Notes under the pieces: model-generated
What the model saw: only the letters and a program-made list of their open reading frames with translations
The model's database searches: none
Told to the model about the DNA's origin: nothing
Shown here: in pieces, positions 9,565 through 19,185 of the stretch
Layout of the letters: the number at the start of each line of letters is the position of its first letter
Position numbering within the stretch: position 1 is the first letter of the stretch
Source: an uncultured Opitutaceae bacterium
GTDB taxonomy: Bacteria > Verrucomicrobiota > Verrucomicrobiia > Opitutales > Opitutaceae
DNA length: 64,000 nucleotides
Assembly: GCA_937889545.1 (NCBI GenBank)
Contig: CALAOT010000073.1
Location: 56,002 to 120,001, forward strand
Direction of reading: 5' to 3'
Translations under genes and position numbers: made by a program

Positions 9565-9780
9565 GCGGGGCCGGATCGCAAACCCGATCTGCCGGGGGCG
9601 CGGCCTTGCGCCCGCCTCCATGCGGCGGCGTCCCTCGCCGGCTCTTGGGCACAGGCGTCTCGGGGCATTCGGGATCGGCGGCGCCGTGCCCGCGGGCCCG
9701 GCCGGGAGGGCATGCAACGGGCCTCTCCGGACTCTTTGCCATTGCCGGGATCGTGGCGCGGTGCTAGCCGTTCCAATCCC

Positions 9781-10512
9781 ATGGGACGTCAATGGCTTCA
9801 CGCGAAACGCGCGATCGTCAACTTGAAGAAGGGCCAGGTCGTGGGCAAGCTGGTGAAGGAGATTACGGTCGCGGCGAAGCTTGGCGGCCCCGAACCCGCG
9901 GCGAATGCGCGGCTCGCCGCCGCCCTTGAGAAGGCGCGCAAGGCGAGCGTGACCCGGGACGTCATCGAGCGGGCGATCAAGAAGGGGGCGGGCATCGGCG
10001 ACGAGAAGCACGCCCTCGAGCACGTTGTGTTCGAGGGCTACGCGCCCCACAAGATCCCCCTGATCATCGAGGCATACACCGACAACCATCAGCGGACCGC
10101 GGCCGAGATGCGGTTCCTCTTCAAGGGGGGCGTGCTGGGAAGCACGGGCAGCAACAAATTCCTGTTCGACCACGTCGGGCTCGTCGAGGCGCACCATCCG
10201 GACGCAGCGGCCGACCTCGAGGCCGCCGCGATCGAGGCGGGCGCCAATGCGGTCGAGGCGCTCACCCATCACCAGAACGACGACATTCCCGAGGGTCGCG
10301 CCGGGGGCCGGTTCATCACGGACCGGACGGCGGTGCACGCCGTTTCCTCCTGGCTATCGCAGCACGGATGGTCGGTCGTCACGAGCGAGCTCGGCTACAT
10401 CGCAAAGACATTTCCGGAACTCGACGAGGCGGCGCGGGCCGGCGTGGGGGAGTTCCTGCAGGCGCTCGATGACCACGACGACGTCCAGCGGGTCTGGGCT
10501 GCTGTAAAATGA
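9781..10512 (+). CDS. yebC: YebC/PmpR-family DNA-binding transcriptional regulator
   Basis: C-terminal 243 aa of track ORF 9148..10512, with the ATG at 9781. Contains MGRQWLHAKRAIVNLKKGQVVGKLVKEITVAAKLGGPEPAANARLAAALEKARKASVTRDVIERAIKKG. Confidence 0.93.
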   Translation: MGRQWLHAKRAIVNLKKGQVVGKLVKEITVAAKLGGPEPAANARLAAALEKARKASVTRDVIERAIKKGAGIGDEKHALEHVVFEGYAPHKIPLIIEAYTDNHQRTAAEMRFLFKGGVLGSTGSNKFLFDHVGLVEAHHPDAAADLEAAAIEAGANAVEALTHHQNDDIPEGRAGGRFITDRTAVHAVSSWLSQHGWSVVTSELGYIAKTFPELDEAARAGVGEFLQALDDHDDVQRVWAAVK

Positions 10513-10591
10513 CCCCGCGATCGCGTGTGCTGCAACGGTTGACACCGGGGTATGTTTTTCCCGAAATGGGTGTCGGTCCACCCAACCTGTC

Positions 10592-11347
10592 GTGAACATC
10601 CTAATCGTCGAGGACGAAGCCACTTCGCGCGAGATGCTCGTCAACATCCTCGAGATGGAGGGCAACCACACGATCCTGACGGCCGCGGATGGCGATGACG
10701 CCCTCAGGCTGATGGCCGATCCGCGGCATCCCTTCGACGTTGTGTTCCTCGACCTGATGCTCCCGTCGATTTCGGGCCTCGACCTGCTCGAGCGCGTGCG
10801 GGCCACGCCCGCGTGCCGCTACGTGAGGGTGATCATCTGCACGGTCTCCACCGACAGCGCGACGGTCGTGCGGGCGGCCCGTCTGGGCGTCCGCCATTAC
10901 ATGGTGAAACCCCCGGACAAGATCCGCGTTTTCGAGCAGCTGAACATCATCAAGGCCGAGATCGCGGGGCAGAAGAAGATCGAAAGCCCCGAGGAGGCCG
11001 CGAGCCGGCTGGGAATCGACGTTCCGGCATACAAGGCGAAAGTCGGCGTGACCCTCGACTACATGGAGCGCTGGCTGACCAAGGCGAAGGCCGGCGCGCG
11101 GTCCACCGACCGGCAGCAGCTGGCCACCGACACCAGCCAGCTGAAGGCCGACGCGCTCGATCTGGGCCTTCGCGAGGTGGGGCGGCGGTTCTCGACACTC
11201 GAGGCGAGGCTGGCCATCGAGCCCCAGGGCGAGGTGCCCGCCTCCCGGGCCATCGAGATCGCGTTCATCATGAGCCACCTTCACGGTGAACTCAACCGGG
11301 TTCGCTCGGTGCTCAAGATCATCGCGCCCGACAAACCCTTCTCGTGA
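10592..11347 (+). CDS. response-regulator receiver protein with a C-terminal Hpt-like helical domain that lacks the canonical His
   Basis: 251 aa with a GTG start. The REC domain reads NILIVEDEATSREML...FDVVFLDLMLPSISGLDLL...HYMVKP. In the C-terminal region, LATDTSQLKADALDLGLREVGRRFSTLEARL resembles the Hpt HxLKGxxxxxG helix, but Ser replaces His. Confidence 0.8.
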   Translation: MNILIVEDEATSREMLVNILEMEGNHTILTAADGDDALRLMADPRHPFDVVFLDLMLPSISGLDLLERVRATPACRYVRVIICTVSTDSATVVRAARLGVRHYMVKPPDKIRVFEQLNIIKAEIAGQKKIESPEEAASRLGIDVPAYKAKVGVTLDYMERWLTKAKAGARSTDRQQLATDTSQLKADALDLGLREVGRRFSTLEARLAIEPQGEVPASRAIEIAFIMSHLHGELNRVRSVLKIIAPDKPFS

Positions 11348-12132
11348 CGAGGGCTCGGGGCGCGGTAATCGGCGTCTGCCTGGGCCTGGGTGCGCCGATC
11401 GCGGCCTGCGGCGCCGGGACGCTGACCATCGCCGCCGCGTCCAACCTCAGCTACGCGCTCGAGGCCTTGAACGCGGGGTTCGCGGAGGCCTCGCCGGGCG
11501 TCGACGTGAAGACCGCCGTCGGCGCATCGGGCAACCTGGTCGCCCAGATTAGGAGCGGCGCGCCCTATGACGTGTTCCTTTCCGCCGACCCCGAATTCGC
11601 CGCTGCGCTCGTGAGGACGGGGCACGCGGATTCCAAGAGCCTCACCCCGTTTGCGGTCGGCCGGCTCGTGCTCTGGACGGTCAAACCCGGACTCGACGTG
11701 TCCGACATAGCCGCGACCGTGCGCAGCCCGGCCGTGCGCGCGCTCGCCATCGCAAACGCGGACAGCGCACCCTACGGCCGCGCCGCAAGGCAGGCGCTCG
11801 AGAAGCTGGGGCTCTGGGCCGATGCCCGGCCAAAGCTGGTCACGGGCGAGAACATCTCCCAGGCGACCCAGTTCGTCGAGACGGGCAACGCGGACGCCGG
11901 ATTCGTGGCGCTCTCAGCGGTGGTTTCCCCGGGGCTGAAGGGCAGGGGGCGTTGGGCCGAGGTGCCCGCGAGGCTCTACGAGCCCCTTACCCAGGTTGCG
12001 GTGATCACGGCCCACGGTTCAGGCAATCCCGGGGCGGCCAGCTATCTGGCGTTCCTTCGCAGCGAGGCGGCGCACAGGATCCTCGAGAGCTTCGGCTACG
12101 GGATGCCGGGCCCCGCGGCCGGGGCGCGCTGA
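11344..12132 (+). CDS. modA: molybdate ABC transporter substrate-binding protein
   Basis: 262 aa. The GTG start overlaps the stop of the upstream REC gene (GTGA). It has a signal/lipobox-like N-terminus (GLGAPIAACG), then LTIAAASNLSYALEALNAGF...GASGNLVAQIRSGAPYDVFLSAD...YGRAARQALEKLGLW...NISQATQFVETGNADAGFVALS. Confidence 0.87.
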   Translation: MTRARGAVIGVCLGLGAPIAACGAGTLTIAAASNLSYALEALNAGFAEASPGVDVKTAVGASGNLVAQIRSGAPYDVFLSADPEFAAALVRTGHADSKSLTPFAVGRLVLWTVKPGLDVSDIAATVRSPAVRALAIANADSAPYGRAARQALEKLGLWADARPKLVTGENISQATQFVETGNADAGFVALSAVVSPGLKGRGRWAEVPARLYEPLTQVAVITAHGSGNPGAASYLAFLRSEAAHRILESFGYGMPGPAAGAR

Positions 12133-12160
12133 AGGCAAACCCGCCTCGGACGGGGCCTGC

Positions 12161-13204
12161 TCAAGGGGTATTCGACGTGTAGAGCGCGACCAGCGCGGCC
12201 CCGATTGCCTGGGAGAGCTCGCCCAGCTCCGAGGCCGCAAACCTGATGGTCCCGCGCTGAACGGGCCAAAGGAAGGGCATCGCGGCCTCGCGCAGGATGT
12301 TGATGTACCGCTCGCGGAACTTGGGCGTGGTGGACTCGTGATCCATGAGGCCTCCGCCCACCACGACGAACCCGGGATCGAGCGCGAGGCACAGCGAAGC
12401 CGCATGCAGCCCCAGCGCCCGGGCCTGGAAGTCAAATATCTCCACCGCCAGGGGATCGTCCTTTTGCGCGAGTCCGCGCAGAGACATGGCCTTCTCCTTC
12501 GATACGAGCGGCGACCGCGCTAGCTCGTGGCCGGGGTGCCTTTTCAGGAACTCCTCAAGGAGGTAGGGCAGGCCCGACAGCGTCGTGTAGGTCTCGATGC
12601 ATCCCCACGTCCGGCCGCAGCCGCAAAGGAAGGGCTTTGTCATGCCAAGAAGGTGGAGCGGCGCGGGCATGTGCGCCGCCTCCATTCCCGAAAGCGTGTC
12701 GCCGTCCAGCGGAAGCCCGTTGGTGTCGATGTACGCGCAGCCGAGTCCGGAACCCGGCGCGAGCAGGAGCACGGAGGATTTCTTGCCGGCCCGCACGAGC
12801 TTTGCCTCCGCAACCCCGCCGAACTTGCCGTCGTTTCCGGCCACGAGGGGGATCGCGCGGCCCGCCGCCTGCTCGAGCGCGCGGCGGTAATCCTCGTGGA
12901 AATTCCAGCCGTCAAAGCTGGCGGGAAGGTTGGCGGCGCGCCCGAGCACCCCGTAGCGCAGATACGGGCCGGGAATCGCGAGGCCCACGCCCCGGACCTG
13001 GCCCCATGAAAGCTGGTTCTCGGCGAGGAAACCCGAGACGCCCTGGACCCAGCCCTTGAGCACGGCGGCGGTTCCTTGCTGGGCGTTCGTGGCGCTCTGC
13101 AGGAGCTTCATGGAAACCATGGAGCCGTCCGCCCAGACGCCTCCCGTCTTTGATGTCGTGGCGCCGCTGTCGGTGCCGATGAACACGTCCTTGGATGAAG
13201 TCAT
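12161..13204 (-). CDS. ROK-family sugar kinase
   Basis: 347 aa. Contains the N-terminal ATP-binding FIGTDSGATTSK, the LAPGSGLGCAYID motif and the ROK zinc motif HMPAPL...CGCGRTWGCIETY. Confidence 0.85.
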   Translation of the reverse strand: MTSSKDVFIGTDSGATTSKTGGVWADGSMVSMKLLQSATNAQQGTAAVLKGWVQGVSGFLAENQLSWGQVRGVGLAIPGPYLRYGVLGRAANLPASFDGWNFHEDYRRALEQAAGRAIPLVAGNDGKFGGVAEAKLVRAGKKSSVLLLAPGSGLGCAYIDTNGLPLDGDTLSGMEAAHMPAPLHLLGMTKPFLCGCGRTWGCIETYTTLSGLPYLLEEFLKRHPGHELARSPLVSKEKAMSLRGLAQKDDPLAVEIFDFQARALGLHAASLCLALDPGFVVVGGGLMDHESTTPKFRERYINILREAAMPFLWPVQRGTIRFAASELGELSQAIGAALVALYTSNTP

Positions 13205-13299
13205 TTTGGGGTGGTTGGAATGACAACATGCGGCGGACCGACTGCAAGTCCGCAGGCGGCAAAGCTGCGGGACCGGGGAAACCGTTTGCGCCGGGCTCG

Positions 13300-14244
13300 A
13301 TGTTGGTGCCTTATGGACACATCATGGTGCCGCCGACCTGCCCTCCCGAGCTCGACCTTACGGTGCGCGTGGGCTGCAGCCTGGCCTACGAGGTCACGGG
13401 AACGGCGTCGCTGCTCCTGAACGTGAGGCCGAGGCCCGACCCGCGCCACGTTGTGCTCGAGGAGGCGATAACCCTGGGAAACAACCTGCCGGCGGACGAG
13501 TTTGCCGACAGCCACGGCAATTCCATCTGCCGCGTGGCCCTTGCGCCAGGCAGCAATCTGTTCAGGCACGACGCCATAGTGGCTGTGTCGTCGAAGCCGG
13601 ACAACCACGGCCTCGGCGCCGCACCGCTTGCGCCGGGCGACCTTCCGCCCGCCATGCTGCGCTACACGCTTCCCAGCCGGTACTGCGATTCGGACAAGCT
13701 GGTCAATTTTGCCTGGGAAAAATTCGGCCGGGTCGAGCACGGCTGGCCGCGCGTGCAGGCCATCAGCGGGTGGATCCACGAGAACATCGAATACCGTTAC
13801 CTGTCCGGCCGCAGCGACCTTTCGGCCTGGGATGTCCTGCAGCGCGGCTACGGCGTGTGCCGCGATTTTGCGCACCTCACGGTCGCCCTGAACCGCACCT
13901 TCAACGTCCCCGCGCGCTATGTGACCGGCCACCTTCCCGACATCGGGTTTCCCGACCCCGAGAACCACATGGATTTCCATGCCTACGCCGAGGTGTTCCT
14001 CGGCGGCAGCTGGTTCACGACCGACGCGCGCTTCTTCGTGCCGCGAATCGGCCGGATCACAGTCTCGCGCGGCCAGGATGCCGTGGACGGTGCGTTCTCG
14101 ACGATCTACGGGGGAGCGACCCTCGCGTACTTCCAGGTCTGGGCCTACCAGGTTGCGCGCGGTTCGGTAAGGGTCGGCGACCCGCTCGACCTGTCGCTTC
14201 GCCTCGACAACCAGTGGGCGGTGCAGTTGGAGCCCTCCCGCTGA
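13300..14244 (+). CDS. transglutaminase-like cysteine peptidase family protein
   Basis: The track ORF starts at 13195. I prefer the ATG at 13300, which avoids overlap with the divergent ROK gene. The catalytic core is QRGYGVCRDFAHLTVALNRTFNVPARYVTGH...HAYAEVFLGGSWFTTDA (Cys-His-Asp arrangement). Confidence 0.84.
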   Translation: MLVPYGHIMVPPTCPPELDLTVRVGCSLAYEVTGTASLLLNVRPRPDPRHVVLEEAITLGNNLPADEFADSHGNSICRVALAPGSNLFRHDAIVAVSSKPDNHGLGAAPLAPGDLPPAMLRYTLPSRYCDSDKLVNFAWEKFGRVEHGWPRVQAISGWIHENIEYRYLSGRSDLSAWDVLQRGYGVCRDFAHLTVALNRTFNVPARYVTGHLPDIGFPDPENHMDFHAYAEVFLGGSWFTTDARFFVPRIGRITVSRGQDAVDGAFSTIYGGATLAYFQVWAYQVARGSVRVGDPLDLSLRLDNQWAVQLEPSR

Positions 14245-14254
14245 GGGGCGCGCC

Positions 14255-16438
14255 TCAGGCGGTCTCGGGAAGCAGGCTCAGGCGGTAGGTCGAACTCCAC
14301 TCCGTCCGGGGCGACGCCTTCAGGGAAAGCTCGAACGCGTCCGCCGAGACCGGCGGCAGCACCGCCTCGACGCCCGGGCCGGCGAGGTTCCTTCCCGCAG
14401 CGACCGGCGGGTGGGCCCAGAGCAGGAGCCTGGTCGAACGGCCGCCTGCGGCCAGCGTGACTTCCAGCTCGCCCGCCGGCAAGTCGTCCGCCGAGTCGTT
14501 GAGCAGCCAGATCTCCGCGGCAAAGGTCTCCCCGGACCGCCATTGGAACTTTGCAAAGCGCGCGCTTGCGAGGACCGGCCGGCACGCCAGCCGGACCGCA
14601 TGGTAGGCGGGCTTGGGCCGCGCCGGCCAGTTGACGATGCAGGGGCCGGCCACGCTCGGCCACGGCTCGTTGAAGCACCAGTTGAGCGCCATTGCGCATC
14701 CCGGCTTCTGCCGCCGCGCCTCCTCAAAGATCGCCTGGAGGCCGACGCATTGGAGCCAGGTCCCCCGGTCGACCAGGCTATCCAGGTCGCCGGACGGCCC
14801 GAAATAATGCTCGAGGGTCGCCGTGCAGAGCCACGAGGTCGGATCCGCCTCCCAGGCCTCGAAGCCGTGGTGCGTCTGCCAGCTGGTGCCCGGGCGCGGC
14901 GGCCAGAGCTCCGCTTCGGGAATGAAGGTCTTCAGGTATGCTGCGGGCGACGGTCCCGGGCACCCGAACTCCGAGTAGGCGGTGAAGCGGGCCCGCTGGA
15001 ATATCTCGAAAACCTCGCGGCCCCGCTCATCGCGGAACCGGTAGTCGCCATGTCCCATGCCGTCGACGGGCGAGGTGGGCAGGAAGGGGGTGCCGGGGTC
15101 GAGGTCGTAGCAGTTGCGGTTGAGCAGCCGGATCGGCAGGGACTGGTCCGTCATCCCCGACCACGCGTTGAAGAGCTCGTTTCCTCCACCCCACAGGCCG
15201 AGGCACGGGTGCTGGCGCACCCGGCGGATGATGGAGCGCGACTCCTGGTCGAGGATCCGCAGGTAGGCCGGATCATCGGGATAGCAGTTGCAGGCCAGCG
15301 GGAACTCCTGCCACACGAGCAGGCCGAGCTCATCGCACTGGTCGAAGAACGCGTCCGGGTTCACGATCGCGCCGCCCCAGCTGCGCAGCACGTTGAAATT
15401 CGCGTCCCGGGCCAGCCGCAGCAGAGGCCGGAGGGTGTCGGCGGTGATCGCGCCGGGGAAGATGTCCGCGTTCACCCAGTTGGATCCCTTGGCGAAGATG
15501 ACCCTGCCGTTCAGCTCCACGGTCACGGGAGGGTGGCTGCGCGACATAGGAAACCCCGAGGGGTGCTTCCAGCCGCCCTCCGGCATGACCAGCCGCACGC
15601 GCCTGAACCCGACGCGGCGGCGGTAGATGTCGCCGCCGCAGGTGACCTCCAGGGTGTAGAGGGACGGCTCCCCGTGGTCGTGCGTCCACCAGAGGCGGGG
15701 CCCGCGGAGCGAAACCGGGGCCGAGGCGCTCTCGGCGACCGTCGAGCCCCGCGCGTCCAGGAGCCGCCACCGGGGCTGCGCGTCGCCGCCTGCGGCCTCG
15801 GCCGCGACCGTGATGGCGGCCTCCGAGAGGTCGCCGCTCAGGGTGTACGCAAAGTCCACGTGCCGCAGGTGCGCCCTTGGGCGGGCGATGAAGCCGGCTG
15901 CGGCCCACAGGCCGAGCGGAATGAGCCGGGGATGCCAGTCCCATCCGTAGCTGACCGGCGGCTTGCACACGCGGCTGGCCTGCGTGCGGTCGGGCGGGGC
16001 TCCGGGGAGCTTTGGCGCGGGAAGGATCAGGACGTCGAGCTCCGCGCCCGGGGGGCAGTCGGAGACATCGATCTCGAACGGCGTGAACAGGCCCTCGTGC
16101 CGGAAGGCCAGCCGGCCCGCGACGCGCACCTCGCAGGCGTAGTCGACGCCCCCGCAGGCGAAGACCAGCTGCTCTCCCGCGGCCAGCCGCGCCCGCGGCA
16201 CGCGGGTCCGGTAGAGCCAGTGGTAGTCCTCCAGCCCCTCGTAGAGGCGCACGTTCTGGCCGATGGCAGCGTCCGGCAGCCCGCGGGCTCGCGCCCAGTC
16301 AAGCTGTACGGCTCCGGGCACGGTTGCGGCAATCCAGCCGCTTGGCGCGGCCTCGCGCCGGTCGAGCCTGGCGAGCTCCCAGGCCGCGGCGATGCTGCGC
16401 CACGCCGGGCGCCTCGAAATGGGATCGCCGCCGTTCAC
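14255..16438 (-). CDS. glycoside hydrolase family 2, beta-mannosidase-like
   Basis: The track ORF 14255..16705 overlaps the upstream kinase. The GTG at 16438 overlaps the kinase stop (GTGA). Contains NFNVLRSWGGAIVNPDAFFDQCDELGLLVWQEFPLACNCYP and WGGGNELFNAW (acid/base Glu region), typical of GH2 mannosidase-type enzymes. Confidence 0.84.
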   Translation of the reverse strand: MNGGDPISRRPAWRSIAAAWELARLDRREAAPSGWIAATVPGAVQLDWARARGLPDAAIGQNVRLYEGLEDYHWLYRTRVPRARLAAGEQLVFACGGVDYACEVRVAGRLAFRHEGLFTPFEIDVSDCPPGAELDVLILPAPKLPGAPPDRTQASRVCKPPVSYGWDWHPRLIPLGLWAAAGFIARPRAHLRHVDFAYTLSGDLSEAAITVAAEAAGGDAQPRWRLLDARGSTVAESASAPVSLRGPRLWWTHDHGEPSLYTLEVTCGGDIYRRRVGFRRVRLVMPEGGWKHPSGFPMSRSHPPVTVELNGRVIFAKGSNWVNADIFPGAITADTLRPLLRLARDANFNVLRSWGGAIVNPDAFFDQCDELGLLVWQEFPLACNCYPDDPAYLRILDQESRSIIRRVRQHPCLGLWGGGNELFNAWSGMTDQSLPIRLLNRNCYDLDPGTPFLPTSPVDGMGHGDYRFRDERGREVFEIFQRARFTAYSEFGCPGPSPAAYLKTFIPEAELWPPRPGTSWQTHHGFEAWEADPTSWLCTATLEHYFGPSGDLDSLVDRGTWLQCVGLQAIFEEARRQKPGCAMALNWCFNEPWPSVAGPCIVNWPARPKPAYHAVRLACRPVLASARFAKFQWRSGETFAAEIWLLNDSADDLPAGELEVTLAAGGRSTRLLLWAHPPVAAGRNLAGPGVEAVLPPVSADAFELSLKASPRTEWSSTYRLSLLPETA

Positions 16439-17448
16439 GGGAATGCGGCGAATCCGTGTTCGCGGCCGAAGGCCAGGCACTGCGCAGACGAGCGGACGCT
16501 GCCCGAGCAGGTGGGGTTCAGGAGCGAGGTGGCGGCGGCGCAGACGCCGAGCTCGAGCGCGCGCGCCATCGGCCAGCCCTCGTGCACGCCGTAGAGGACG
16601 CCGGCGGCCAGCGCGTCGCCCGCCCCGGCCGATCCCAGTACGAGCTCCGGCCGCACGCGGACCGCGGGCTGCCACGCGATTTCCCCGGAGGCGGAGCAGG
16701 CGCACGCCCCCTCGGGGGAATGCAGGACCGCCCAGCCGCGCACGCCTAGGTCGACGAGCGCGCGTGCGGCCCTTTCCACGGCGCGGCGGTCGATCGCCGC
16801 GCCGCGGCCGAGGGCGATGCCCGCAATCTGCTCGGCCTCGTAGTCATTGACGAAGAGCACATCGATGTCGGGCAGGACGGGCACGACGGTGGCGCGGAAG
16901 CGCTCGCTGGCCGCGCTCACGCAGTCGAGGGAGGTCTGCAGGCCGCTGGCGCGAGCGCTGCGCAGGACCTCGCGGGCGCGGGGGGCGCCGTCGGGGCCCG
17001 GCGCGTCGAGCGCGTCGAGGAGAAGGAGGTAGCCGAGGTAGAAGATGCGCTCGCGGGCTCGCGTGAAGTCAAAGTGCCCGGGCGCTAGCAGGGCGTTTGC
17101 GCCGCGGTGGTGGAAGAACGTGCGCCGGCCGGTGCCGCGCACCGTCATCACGTCGGTGTAGCTCGTGGAGAGGCCGGGCGCCGCTCGCAGCTGGGCGGTG
17201 CCTATCCCGGACGCCTCGCAGTCGGCGAGGATGGCGCGGCCGTCTTCGTCGTCGCCGAGAAGCCCGATGCCCGCGAGCGGGAACGGGGCGCCGAGCCTTG
17301 CGAGGTCCTTGAGCACGTTGTAGGGGCCGCCTCCGTTGCCCATGGAGCGCCCGAGGATAGTGACGAGGCCGTCCTGCTCGGGCCATGCGTCGACCGTCTT
17401 CACATGGTCGCGGATCCAGTTGCCGGCTGCGAGAATCCCGGAGCGCAT
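16435..17448 (-). CDS. PfkB-family carbohydrate kinase
   Basis: 337 aa. Contains GNGGGPYNVLKDL near the N-terminus and the C-terminal GAGDALAAGVLYG signature of the ribokinase/PfkB family. Confidence 0.87.
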   Translation of the reverse strand: MRSGILAAGNWIRDHVKTVDAWPEQDGLVTILGRSMGNGGGPYNVLKDLARLGAPFPLAGIGLLGDDEDGRAILADCEASGIGTAQLRAAPGLSTSYTDVMTVRGTGRRTFFHHRGANALLAPGHFDFTRARERIFYLGYLLLLDALDAPGPDGAPRAREVLRSARASGLQTSLDCVSAASERFRATVVPVLPDIDVLFVNDYEAEQIAGIALGRGAAIDRRAVERAARALVDLGVRGWAVLHSPEGACACSASGEIAWQPAVRVRPELVLGSAGAGDALAAGVLYGVHEGWPMARALELGVCAAATSLLNPTCSGSVRSSAQCLAFGREHGFAAFP

Positions 17449-17454
17449 GGGGGC

Positions 17455-18027
17455 TCAGTCGGAGACCAGGCGGACGGCGGGCGGCTCGTCCTCCTCGAGT
17501 CCGGGGAAGCGGCCGACCCCGGGGTCGAGGAAGAAGTTGTCGCCCACGTCGTCGTTGGCGGTGGACACTTCGCCGATGACGCACTCATCGGTCGCCGGCC
17601 AGAACGAGTGCCACACGCCGGGCAGGAGCGTGATCCGCGAGCCGGCCGCGAGGACGAAGGCCTCGCCCGTGCGGATCTCTACGGGCTCGCCGTCGATGCG
17701 CGCCAGGAATGAGCTCGGCAGCGGCGCTCCGGGGGCGGGCTTGGCCGGCCATAGCCGCAGGGTGAGCTCGCCGGCGCGGCAGATGATGTCCTCCTTCTTC
17801 CTGGCGTGCGTGTGGCAGGGCGTGGCCTGGCCGCGCCGCGCGAACATGAGCTTCTCGCAGTACTCGGGCTCGCTCGCAAGGTTGACGAGCGTCAGGCCGT
17901 GGCGGGCAAAGTCGCCGAGCCCGAAATCGGTGATGTCCCACCTCGGGCGCGGCGGAAGCGCCCAGCGGTGGCGGCCGAAGCAGGCGAGGGCGTCGCGGTA
18001 GGCCTGGTTGACGGCGGAGCGTTTCAT
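17455..18027 (-). CDS. D-lyxose/D-mannose ketol-isomerase-type cupin
   Basis: 190 aa. Contains EYCEKLMFARRGQATPCHTHARKKEDIICRAGEL...LLPGVWHSFWPA...IGEVSTANDDVGDNFF, matching my recollection of the YdaE-like lyxose isomerase family. Confidence 0.78.
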   Translation of the reverse strand: MKRSAVNQAYRDALACFGRHRWALPPRPRWDITDFGLGDFARHGLTLVNLASEPEYCEKLMFARRGQATPCHTHARKKEDIICRAGELTLRLWPAKPAPGAPLPSSFLARIDGEPVEIRTGEAFVLAAGSRITLLPGVWHSFWPATDECVIGEVSTANDDVGDNFFLDPGVGRFPGLEEDEPPAVRLVSD

Positions 18028-18039
18028 GCGGCCGGGCGG

Positions 18040-19185
18040 TCAGAGGTGCACGACCGACTGTTCGCGCTGGCTCGTGAGCGCGGCGGCCCAGATCTCATGC
18101 TGGGCCACCGCCTCGTCGGGCGTCGCGCAGCCGAAGCGGTCGCCAAGCAGTCCGGCGCGTTCCGACAGGAACGCGGCCCACATCTGCATGAGGATGTCCG
18201 GGAAGCCCGGCTCGAAAATCGAGCCGGTGATGGCCTTGAAGCCCATGTCGAATCCGAGGTCGGTCTTTTCCCACCACTGTTCCCTTTCGCGCCGGTAGGT
18301 CCAGAGGGTTTTTGGCTCCTTGGTGGAAAAACGCACGCCCCGGTCGGTGCCGATAGCCTCGAAAAGCCACGTGTTGGTCTCCGTGGGCGCCATGCGCTTC
18401 ATCTCCAGGGACATGGGCACGGGCTCGCCGCCGATGTCCACGGTGGCATGGAGGGCGGCGTTGTCCCAGGTGTCGCAGGGGACGGAGCCTCCCTTGCCGT
18501 CGGGGCGCGTGCGGTAGATCTTCTGGAGTTGGGCGTAGACACGGGCGGGCTTCCAGCCGAGGCGCAGCGGCAGGTGGGCGACGTGCAGGCCGAGGTCGTT
18601 CATGACACCGGCCTCGCCGCAGTACCGGTTCTGCCGCTTCCAGTTGATGGGCTTGGCAGGGTCCAGGTCGCTCGAATGGAGCAGGGCCGCCCGGATCCCG
18701 ATGATGCGGCCGAGCTGGCCCGAGGCCGCGAGCCTGAACGCGCGCTGGGCCCCGGGAAGAAAGGGGAACTCCGAGGACACCCGCACGAAGCGCCCGAGGC
18801 GCGCGGCCTCGTCGCGAATGCGCCGGGCGGCCCCGAGGTCGATCCCGAAAGGTTTTTCGGCGAAGAGATCCTTTCCGGCGCGCAGCACGTCGAGATAAAT
18901 GGCCTCGTGCAGATGGTGGGGCACGGCGACGTAGACGACGTCGATGTCGGGCCGGGCGAGGAGCGACCCGTGGTCGGTGTCGAAGTGCCGAACCGTTGGC
19001 AGCTTGCGGAACCAGTCCAGGGCGGCGGCGTTGACGTCGCACACGCCGGTGAGCTCCGGGCGCACGGGGCAGTCGAGGAGCGCGAACCAGCGGCCAAAGG
19101 CGCTGGCGACCTCGCGGCCCATCAGGCCGGCTCCGATGACGGCAACGTGGACCGGGGCTGCGGGCGATCCAGGGGGCGCGCTCAC
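18040..19185 (-). CDS. Gfo/Idh/MocA-family NAD(P)-dependent oxidoreductase
   Basis: 381 aa. The GTG start overlaps the aldolase stop (GTGA). It has the Rossmann N-terminus VHVAVIGAGLMGREV and the EKPF motif (LFAEKPFGIDL). Confidence 0.87.
   Translation of the reverse strand: MSAPPGSPAAPVHVAVIGAGLMGREVASAFGRWFALLDCPVRPELTGVCDVNAAALDWFRKLPTVRHFDTDHGSLLARPDIDVVYVAVPHHLHEAIYLDVLRAGKDLFAEKPFGIDLGAARRIRDEAARLGRFVRVSSEFPFLPGAQRAFRLAASGQLGRIIGIRAALLHSSDLDPAKPINWKRQNRYCGEAGVMNDLGLHVAHLPLRLGWKPARVYAQLQKIYRTRPDGKGGSVPCDTWDNAALHATVDIGGEPVPMSLEMKRMAPTETNTWLFEAIGTDRGVRFSTKEPKTLWTYRREREQWWEKTDLGFDMGFKAITGSIFEPGFPDILMQMWAAFLSERAGLLGDRFGCATPDEAVAQHEIWAAALTSQREQSVVHL

Noticed and set aside
9148-9780. N-terminal extensions of track ORFs (e.g. 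9148-9780 before yebC, 9221-9742 before hisI, 48583-49497 before murG, 42984-43607 before murF, 44740-45006 before mraY, 16439-16705 before GH2)
   Set aside because: The extensions overlap the upstream gene in another frame, are Arg/Pro-rich, and homology to the expected protein begins only at the internal start that abuts the upstream stop codon.
14411-16594. 727-aa plus-strand ORF antisense to the GH2 gene (also 15330..15968 and 16263..16850)
   Set aside because: These are shadow ORFs, Arg/Pro/Gly-rich. The GH2 frame has family signatures and operon-consistent start/stop overlaps.
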